Assembly: GCA_016776905.1 (NCBI GenBank)
Contig: JADHSM010000007.1
Span: forward strand, 73,438 to 137,437
Reading direction: 5' to 3'
Length of the DNA: 64,000 nt
From: Planctomycetota bacterium
GTDB lineage: Bacteria > Planctomycetota > UBA8108 > UBA1146
Shown here in pieces: positions 57,249-64,000 of the stretch (position 1 is its first letter; every line of letters starts with the position of its first letter). Both the position numbers and the translations under genes were made by a program. Below the pieces are notes generated by a model, which worked only from the letters and a program-made list of their open reading frames with translations, made no database searches and had not been told where the DNA came from.

Positions 57249-57846
57249 TTATCCTTTTTCTTCTTCACTTTCCGGGGCTGCATCTGCAGCCACGGTGTCC
57301 GCTTCAGCGGTTTCGGTTTCACCCGCTTCTTCAGCAACGGTCTCCGTCACTTCTTCAGAAACAGGCTCTGCTGCAACAGCTTCAGGCTCAGCTTCATTTG
57401 CTGATTCAGCTGCAGGAGCTTCCCCTTCTTCAGTCGAACTCGCGGATTCGGTCGTCTCGCTGGAAGCGGAGTCGCGTAGAGGAGCCGCTGAAGGATCTGG
57501 CTGTGCGGCACGACGATCAGCGATATCTTTACGACGCTTCATCTCTTCTTCCAAGAAATCTTCCTGGACAAAGAGTGATCGCATGATTTTTTCGTTGAGT
57601 TGTGCATCGGTTCGCATGCTCACGATCTTTTGAGTATCTGCCCGGAAATAAATGAGGAAATAGACTCCCCGTTTGGTTCCTTTGATCTCGTATGCCAGTC
57701 TTTGCTCTGGCCACTTTTCGCTATATTCGATAGCGCCGCCATGACCCTCGACAATGCCGATCATCATGCTTTCAAGTTCAGTCCAACCCTGAGATGCTAC
57801 AGAAGCATCGATGAGGAATAAGCCCTCATATAATCTTTCGGTCAAT
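57249..57846 (-). CDS. rpsF: 30S ribosomal protein S6 with an about 100-aa acidic, Glu/Ala-rich C-terminal tail.
   Basis: S6 core 'YEGLFLIDAS...GWTELESM'. TTG start with an AAGGAG Shine-Dalgarno 6 nt upstream. The track ORF's extra N-terminal codons are not supported. Confidence 0.85.
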
Positions 57847-58016
57847 GTGATCTCCTTTACAGATCTTGATTTGCGAAAAGCCCCCCCGTGACCAACAGGG
57901 AATCTATGCTGTTTCGCACCCAATTGTTGAGTTCGCCTACTCATATGGACCACGAGAGTGATGCAGAATCGTAAGCTCGTAAAGAAGTTCGACGAGCGGA
58001 AACCCGTGAAACTTCT

Positions 58017-58637
58017 TCAAATACCGGGAATATTCTCCTCCGGAAGCGGCCCATTGTAGCGAAGACCTGCATTCTTTACACCCTCAACCGCCCAGCAAAG
58101 TGCAGAATCTGCCGCTCTATGTATTGAGCGCTGTTGCAGTGCCCATTCGGCCTCTACGGGCTTTTCTAGTACGAAATCCTCTACCGTTTGCCCTTGAGAA
58201 GGTCGGCCTATTCCCATTCTGCACCGAGCGAAACGGTCGGAGCCGAGATTTTGGATCAGATCTTCGATGCCTCTGTGGCCTCCTGAAGATCCTCCCGGTC
58301 GCATACGTAGCATTCCGGGATCCAGATCAAGGTCATCCACAACCACCAATAGATCATCGATCGTTGCCCCGATCTTACGAAGATAACCCTTCACCGGAGG
58401 CCCGCTGCAATTCATGAACGACATGGGCTTGAGGAGATGGAGCTTGCGCCCCTTCCAACCTGCGGAGAAGGCTTCAAGGTCTGGCTGCGTAAATGGGTCA
58501 GGGGTTTTCAGCAGAGAGACAAGATTGTCAACGACTGAGAAGCCCAAATTATGGCGTGTGTCTATATAAGAATCTCCCGGATTGCCAAGGCCAACGATGA
58601 CTCGTGGGCGTGAGCGATCAGGGAGAGATCTTGCCAA
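58017..58637 (-). CDS. pth: Peptidyl-tRNA hydrolase.
   Basis: 'VIVGLGNPGDSYIDTRHNLGF' active-site region. Confidence 0.92.
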   Translation of the reverse strand: MARSLPDRSRPRVIVGLGNPGDSYIDTRHNLGFSVVDNLVSLLKTPDPFTQPDLEAFSAGWKGRKLHLLKPMSFMNCSGPPVKGYLRKIGATIDDLLVVVDDLDLDPGMLRMRPGGSSGGHRGIEDLIQNLGSDRFARCRMGIGRPSQGQTVEDFVLEKPVEAEWALQQRSIHRAADSALCWAVEGVKNAGLRYNGPLPEENIPGI

Positions 58638-58660
58638 AACAGAACCAGTTCCGTAAGAGT

Positions 58661-59218
58661 TTATCCGCCGCGTCGACCGTGACAGATGATGACCGGCGTA
58701 CCTTCAGAGAGAAGAAGTTCAACTCCCTCAGGCATGACCAGATCGCGTGCACGAATCGATTCGTTGGTCCCCATCGATTCGACGTTGATCGTCAGTGAAT
58801 CGCGAAGGTTTCCAATTTTGCCTCGCACGGGTACATGACGGTAAGCCATATCCATGACTCCCCCCCCTGTGACACCCTTTGCGATGCCGGAAGTCAGAAT
58901 CCGCATCGTTGTCGTGATTTCAGTATCGGCCGAAACACGAGCAAGGTCAGCATGGATGGCTTTATCGCCATAGATATCGTACTGAACTTCTTTGAGAATT
59001 CCTGATTCAACCTGTCCCTCAAACTTGATCTCGAAGAATCGATGATGATTCTCCAAAGCTTTAAAGAACTCACCAGCATTCACTGTGAGATTCATATTCG
59101 GCTTGTCTCCACCGTAAACGTTGAGGGGCATATGGCCCTCATCACGCAAACGACGTGTAGAACTAGATCCGGAACTAGTGGTATCGCGGGAGGATCCCTC
59201 CATCACGAACTTATCCAT
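58661..59218 (-). CDS. rplY: 50S ribosomal protein L25 / general stress protein Ctc.
   Basis: 185 aa. Its position between prs and pth, and the L25 beta-barrel core. Confidence 0.8.
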   Translation of the reverse strand: MDKFVMEGSSRDTTSSGSSSTRRLRDEGHMPLNVYGGDKPNMNLTVNAGEFFKALENHHRFFEIKFEGQVESGILKEVQYDIYGDKAIHADLARVSADTEITTTMRILTSGIAKGVTGGGVMDMAYRHVPVRGKIGNLRDSLTINVESMGTNESIRARDLVMPEGVELLLSEGTPVIICHGRRGG

Positions 59219-59253
59219 CTTGGGTCACCCTTCGGTTACACACCTAATTGGTA

Positions 59254-60198
59254 TCAAAGGCTATTACGGCCTATCGACGCAGATTTATGTATCTGGCGAA
59301 TGGCATTACCGAACGCCGCAGCGCACGACAGAATAGATACCCTATCACTGGAAATCTTTCCGTCCACCGGAATGGTGTCGACGAAAGCAAACTCCTGAGC
59401 GGGAGAGGCCAAAAGCCTTTCAACTGCAGGACCACATAAAACGGGGTGCGTACAGGCCAATATCACCGATTTGGCACCCTTATCGAGAATCAGACGAGCA
59501 GCAGCAGTAATTGAGCCCCCCGTCGCGATCACGTCATCTGCCAAAATAGCGTTCATTCCGGCCACGTCGCCGATGATGAAACCGATCTCGGTCTTTTCGC
59601 CACTGACACGCCTTTTGTCGACGGTCGCCAGTCGAGCCCCTAAGCCGCGGCTATAAGCTCTTGCCATTTTGATGGCACCCACGTCAGGACTGACCACGAC
59701 GAGGTCTTCAAATTGTTTTTTACGGAAGTGATCCACGATCACCGAACCGGCGTAAACGTGATCCACAGGAATATCGAAAAACCCCTGAATCTGTTCGCAG
59801 TGTAGATCCATAGTCACAACACGGTCAGCTCCAGCAGCGACAATCAAGTTCGCAACCATTTTTGCGGTGATGGGAACTCGCGCACCTTGTTCACGTCGGT
59901 CTTGACGCGCATATCCAAAGTAGGGAATCACTGCGGTGATTCGAGCGGCAGATGATCTTTTCACGCAATCGATCATCACCAGGAGTTCCATGAGGTTTTC
60001 GTTTACGGGAGGACAAGTGGATTGGACGATGAAGACATCCTTGCCTCGTACGTCTTCCCCTAACGAAACGGAAATTTCGCCATCAGGAAAACGAGTGACT
60101 TCAGCTCTTCCAGGCTCTAGACCCAAGTCGCTGCATATATCCGCGGCTAAAGTGTGATTCGAGTTACCGTGGAGTACTACCATCGTGTCGGAAAGCAT
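59254..60198 (-). CDS. prs: Ribose-phosphate pyrophosphokinase.
   Basis: PRPP-binding 'VVVSPDVGAI' and 'DDVIATGGSI' motifs. Confidence 0.93.
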   Translation of the reverse strand: MLSDTMVVLHGNSNHTLAADICSDLGLEPGRAEVTRFPDGEISVSLGEDVRGKDVFIVQSTCPPVNENLMELLVMIDCVKRSSAARITAVIPYFGYARQDRREQGARVPITAKMVANLIVAAGADRVVTMDLHCEQIQGFFDIPVDHVYAGSVIVDHFRKKQFEDLVVVSPDVGAIKMARAYSRGLGARLATVDKRRVSGEKTEIGFIIGDVAGMNAILADDVIATGGSITAAARLILDKGAKSVILACTHPVLCGPAVERLLASPAQEFAFVDTIPVDGKISSDRVSILSCAAAFGNAIRQIHKSASIGRNSL

Positions 60199-61547
60199 CA
60201 GGAACCTTTCTCGTCGTCACCATCCTCAGAGTTACTCTGAGATTTTTTCACCATCTTTTTAGCAGGAACACCAATAACAGTAGTTCCATCCTCGATCACT
60301 TTACCCGGAGGAACTACAGCTCCCGCTCCTATCGTTGCGTTCTTTCCTACATGACCCGGAGCCACAATGACAGAACCGCTACCGACAAAGGCACCCTCTT
60401 TTATGAGAGTGTGATGCTTGTTCACTCCATCGTAATTTGCAACAACAGCACCCGCGCCAATATTGGCATTCTCTTCGATCGTCGCATCGCCGAGGTACGC
60501 CAAATGTTTCGCTTTGGCACCATCTTTAAGTTGACTTCGATTGACCTCTACAAAGTCACCGATCACGACACCGTTTCCAAGAACGGATCCGGATCTGATA
60601 TGAGCGAAAGGTCCCACTTCACAATCAGTACCAATCTCGACCCCACGCCGAATCACGGTTTGAGGTTGAATCAGAGTATCCTGACCTATGGAGACATCCA
60701 TTTCTATCCAAGTGGTCAAAGGATCTACAATCGTGACTCCACGACTCATGTGATCGCGTTGTATTCTCTGCTGGATCTGCCGGGAAGCCTGAGCCAATTG
60801 CTGGCGGTCGTTCACCTGGGCGAATTCCTTGTCTACACAGCAATCATGAGTGCCTACGCCAAGATCTCGCTCCTTGAGAACCTCTACCAAACGAGTGAGG
60901 TAAGCCTCTTTTTCGGGATCTCCTGAAGACAAATCCTCTTCGACGAGAAAGCGCAGAGCCGGGAGAGTTTTCTTGTGATCCAATGCGTAAATCCCCAGAT
61001 TGACCTCATGGATTTCTTCGTCATCGGGAGCGCGCTCTTTTTGTTCGACGATGCCGTCAAATGCACCCTCCGAGCCCACCTCTGAGACCATCTCTGAGTC
61101 ACGGATAATTCTTCCCATTCCAAAGGGATCATTCAGGATCGAAGTCGCCACTGTGAACGTGTGATCAGAATTATTATGCGAAGAGACGATGCCCTGAAGA
61201 AGCTCCACGTCAAGATCAGGCAGATCACCATTCACGATCATGACGGTGTCAAAACGCGGAGGACTTTGATCCAAGGCTTCAAGAACGGCATGCCCTGTTC
61301 CCCGAGGTGGATCCTGAAGTGCGAGACGTATATCAGAACCGTCGAGATGAGCACGAATAGAATCGGCCCCGTGGCCCACGACGACAGTGATGTCGGCAGC
61401 CCCAGCAAGTCGCACCTGTCGAATCACATGATCCAACATCGGTAGCCCAAGTAGAGGATGAAGAACTTTGGGGAGCGAGGATCGCATTCGGGTTCCTCGA
61501 CCTGCTGCGAGGATAACAGCGGAAAACTGGTCCATGTCCGGATCCAT
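60198..61547 (-). CDS. glmU: Bifunctional N-acetylglucosamine-1-phosphate uridyltransferase / glucosamine-1-phosphate acetyltransferase.
   Basis: N-terminal 'AVILAAGRGTRM' and a C-terminal hexapeptide-repeat acetyltransferase domain. Confidence 0.92.
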   Translation of the reverse strand: MDPDMDQFSAVILAAGRGTRMRSSLPKVLHPLLGLPMLDHVIRQVRLAGAADITVVVGHGADSIRAHLDGSDIRLALQDPPRGTGHAVLEALDQSPPRFDTVMIVNGDLPDLDVELLQGIVSSHNNSDHTFTVATSILNDPFGMGRIIRDSEMVSEVGSEGAFDGIVEQKERAPDDEEIHEVNLGIYALDHKKTLPALRFLVEEDLSSGDPEKEAYLTRLVEVLKERDLGVGTHDCCVDKEFAQVNDRQQLAQASRQIQQRIQRDHMSRGVTIVDPLTTWIEMDVSIGQDTLIQPQTVIRRGVEIGTDCEVGPFAHIRSGSVLGNGVVIGDFVEVNRSQLKDGAKAKHLAYLGDATIEENANIGAGAVVANYDGVNKHHTLIKEGAFVGSGSVIVAPGHVGKNATIGAGAVVPPGKVIEDGTTVIGVPAKKMVKKSQSNSEDGDDEKGS

Positions 61548-61581
61548 CCCTGTTTGCTGATCGACTCACCCGAAGAATTGA

Positions 61582-61656
61582 ATGGCTACCCGGCGAGGAC
61601 TCGAACCTCGAATGACTGGACCAAAACCAGTTGTGTTGCCAATTACACCACCGGGT
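61582..61656 (-). tRNA. tRNA-Gln (anticodon UUG) with a genomically encoded CCA.
   Basis: The reverse complement is TACCCGG-TG-GTGT-AATTGGCA-ACAC-A-ACTGG-TTTTGGT-CCAGT-CATT-CGAGG-TTCGAGT-CCTCG-CCGGGTA-G-CCA. The 7-bp acceptor stem is perfect. Confidence 0.8.
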
Positions 61657-61788
61657 AGCGGAATTTTTGTTCTGAAGAAGGTCACCTTTTCTCAAACCGT
61701 CAAAGTCGCCGACCTCTTCTGGGTCAGATTCTATCGTGGAACCCTCCGGAGCGTCAATCGGAGCGGAAAGATTCCTGCGAGATTGATT

Positions 61789-62400
61789 TCAAGCGGAGAT
61801 CACAGCCTTCATATGCCGGATCAGCAGAGAAGACCAACTCTCCCAGTTTTCATCGTCGGGACGGAGGTCCTTCAGCGAGACCCACTCACCGGTCATGCGG
61901 TCAGTTTCGACGATTCGAGGCTTATTCTTGGCTTTCACCCTGACCGCCCAGCCCAAATGAACTTGACCCACGGATGTTTGATCATCATTGATCCACCCCA
62001 GGACTTCGCAATCTTCGGGTTCAGGAATGAGACCGATTTCTTCTTCGAGTTCTCTCCGTAGCCCTTTCAATAAAAGGGGTAAAGAGCCCTCTTTCTCCGG
62101 GTTCACGTGCCCTCCGACGCCGATGGACTTCTTCCCGTGTAGTCGTTTCTCCCCTTGGGTCGCTAAACGTTGAAGGACCAAAATTTGTCCTTCAAACTCA
62201 ATGCAGACATAGGGAATCACCTGTTTCCAAGAGGGATCTTCCTCCGCTGCGGGGCGATCACGAAAAGAACCTTGGTTCTCAAGCCGAAGACAAGACGACA
62301 ATACGTCGGACGAATCGGCCAAAAACCCCTGAAAATCGCCGATCAGATCGATCATGTCCTGCCGAGGGATACCCCAAACTTGCTCTGGTTCCTGTGACAC
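61789..62400 (-). CDS. NUDIX hydrolase.
   Basis: Nudix box 'GGHVNPEKEGSLPLLLKGLRRELEEEIGL' (GX5EX7REUXEEXGU). Confidence 0.85.
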   Translation of the reverse strand: MSQEPEQVWGIPRQDMIDLIGDFQGFLADSSDVLSSCLRLENQGSFRDRPAAEEDPSWKQVIPYVCIEFEGQILVLQRLATQGEKRLHGKKSIGVGGHVNPEKEGSLPLLLKGLRRELEEEIGLIPEPEDCEVLGWINDDQTSVGQVHLGWAVRVKAKNKPRIVETDRMTGEWVSLKDLRPDDENWESWSSLLIRHMKAVISA

Positions 62401-62552
62401 GGCCCACCTCTTTCATTGAAAAGTCGTTCCCTGAGAAATCTAATCCCCAGACACTCCAGATGCCAGAAGTGCCGCCAATTCGGACTCATAATGCTGTATG
62501 CTGATGTGAACCATTGGGCCCAAATCAGGGTTTTGAGAAGGAAATAGAAACT

Positions 62553-63641
62553 ATGCGGCTGCACGTTCCGTGGATCATGATTCTCATCGGGGGATTTTCT
62601 TTCCTATTTCTCACTCTAACAGGGTCGGATTCTCCGGTCAGAGCGAGTGTCGGTGCTGCTGCCATCATCGGAAGCACAGTAAATCCACTCGATACCACTC
62701 TCAATCCAGCCTCTTTTGACCTCGGTTCTGTCGGACATGGTCAAAAAGAACTGCTCAGCTTCGATTTGATCAACAATTCCGCTTCACCCTTGGAAATCAC
62801 GAATATTCGACCCAGCTGCGGCTGTATGAAAATGACGACCTCCACTCGATTCTCGATCGAACCGGGACAAAAGCAGGAAATCCGCTTCTCACTCTCTCTC
62901 GGAAGAGGTTGGGGAAATTTTTCCAAAAAGATCGATATCTACGGAGCTGAGAATCGGCGGCTTCATACTTTGCCCGTCAAAGCCATGTTCCACCCCGGAG
63001 TCCGCACCGACGCCATGGAACTCGTGTTTACCACCAGTAAAAAAGATGACATACCCACCGCGAAAACACGCCTCGTGTTCAGTGCTTCCGGAGGCCGGAC
63101 GTCCCCCGTTTTGACCGATTTAAAAAGCAGTGATTCCAGAATCTCTTTCCAACTCCCGCAACGAGATGACGCGACAGGGCAGACCACTCTTTCGGTTCAA
63201 GCGGCATCCAACTGGCCGACAGGTCGTTTTTCAGCCCAGATCACAGGTCTCTGCAACGGCTTGCCCTTTATTGTCCCAGTTCGAGGACAAGCGTTTGGCT
63301 TACTGGTTCATAAACCCCACTCATGGAACCTCCGACAAATACAAGTCTCCGGTTTTTCCCCAGAGACGTTGAGTCTGAAAAGAGCAGACGGATTGCCCTT
63401 CAAAATTCTCGATATGCGTCTGGAATGGACCCGAGAAATCGAAGGATTAGACATCTCTCTGTCCAATACACCCCAAAAAGATGGGTCTGTATTGATCAAA
63501 GCATTCGCTTCTGAGCCGATCCCTAGGATCAACAAAGGGTTCTTTGGTAACGTGATCATCACGACGAACATCCCGGAAGAGTCACGGGTTTCAATTCCGC
63601 TCATGGGAGTCGTCAGTCCTCAACGTAAGGGGCAACGGTGA
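62553..63641 (+). CDS. Secreted DUF1573-domain protein with two or three Ig-like beta-sandwich modules.
   Basis: Signal peptide 'MRLHVPWIMILIGGFSFLFL'. The DUF1573 hallmark 'NNSASPLEITNIRPSCGCMKM' (SCGC motif). The stop TGA overlaps the lpxD GTG start. Confidence 0.7.
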   Translation: MRLHVPWIMILIGGFSFLFLTLTGSDSPVRASVGAAAIIGSTVNPLDTTLNPASFDLGSVGHGQKELLSFDLINNSASPLEITNIRPSCGCMKMTTSTRFSIEPGQKQEIRFSLSLGRGWGNFSKKIDIYGAENRRLHTLPVKAMFHPGVRTDAMELVFTTSKKDDIPTAKTRLVFSASGGRTSPVLTDLKSSDSRISFQLPQRDDATGQTTLSVQAASNWPTGRFSAQITGLCNGLPFIVPVRGQAFGLLVHKPHSWNLRQIQVSGFSPETLSLKRADGLPFKILDMRLEWTREIEGLDISLSNTPQKDGSVLIKAFASEPIPRINKGFFGNVIITTNIPEESRVSIPLMGVVSPQRKGQR

Positions 63642-64000
63642 AAGTCAAAGATCTTGCCATAGCTATCGGCGGCACTGTTGAACTCGGGCCGATGGAAGAT
63701 GTACAGCAAGTACAATCTCCAGAGAGCGCACAACCCGGAGATCTGACTTGGATTGGCGATTCAAAATTTGCTCACCCAGCGATTCACGCAACAGCGCTCC
63801 TTCTCGGTGAAGATCAACCGATCCCTGAGCAATCGCATCATCAATCCGTGATTCGGCATCCTCACCCTCATGCGGCATTCGCGTTGTCTTTACAGACGCT
63901 GCAGCCCGACCCCGAACCCGAATGCTCTGGAATTTCTCCTGCAGCTCATGTGTCCGCAGAAGCAGATATTGCAGCAGATGTAAGTATCGGACCGGGGTGC
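63638..64000 (+). CDS. lpxD: UDP-3-O-acylglucosamine N-acyltransferase, 3' partial at the window edge.
   Basis: LpxD N-terminal domain pattern 'VKDLAIAIGGTVELGP...PGDLTWIGDSKFAHPAIHATALLLGED' and the start of hexapeptide repeats 'HVSAEADIAADVSIGPGC'. GTG start in a gTGA overlap. Confidence 0.75.
   Translation, partial: MKVKDLAIAIGGTVELGPMEDVQQVQSPESAQPGDLTWIGDSKFAHPAIHATALLLGEDQPIPEQSHHQSVIRHPHPHAAFALSLQTLQPDPEPECSGISPAAHVSAEADIAADVSIGPGC

Overview
This 64-kb window looks like a chromosomal segment from a Gram-negative bacterium with about 50% GC. PVC-superphylum-like traits suggest the lineage (a Planctomycetota/Verrucomicrobiota/Omnitrophota relative), but that is my inference. These traits are a fused LpxC/FabZ, DUF1573 proteins, CRTAC1-type FG-GAP/ASPIC lipoproteins, dockerin-like secreted proteins, PrkA/MoxR, and long low-complexity tails on Rho, S2 and S6. 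Most of the window is housekeeping and densely packed, with many ATGA/TTGA/GTGA start-stop overlaps. The housekeeping genes are oppCDF, aroDE, rho, gltX, ribE, the complete elongasome cluster mreB-mreC-mreD-mrdA-rodA, an iscS-like desulfurase, suhB, pgk, fadB/fadA, glyQS, argS, mazG, rpsB-tsf-pyrH-frr, the lpxA-lpxC/fabZ-skp cluster, dnaB, rpsF-ssb-rpsR-rplI, glmU-prs-rplY-pth, and lpxD. Three tRNAs lie on the minus strand: Lys-UUU, Glu-UUC and Gln-UUG. I found no integrase, transposase or CRISPR array. The accessory-looking stretch runs from about 17.5 to 21.8 kb and sits between rodA and the desulfurase. It holds a 760-bp non-coding gap with AT-rich tandem repeats. It also holds a secreted protein with dockerin-like Ca-binding repeats. 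The most interesting content is a translationally coupled two-gene module divergent from that gene. It encodes an acidic coiled-coil protein and then an actin-family ATPase that resembles the magnetosome actin MamK much more than MreB, with no magnetosome genes nearby. I read this as a candidate undescribed actin-like filament system. Secondary points are a membrane-anchored coiled-coil protein plus a small membrane protein directly upstream of mreB, and a Gfo/Idh/MocA oxidoreductase fused into the lpxA operon as a GnnA candidate. I also noted tandem-repeat-encoded low-complexity regions in Rho and PrkA, and several short tandem DNA repeats.
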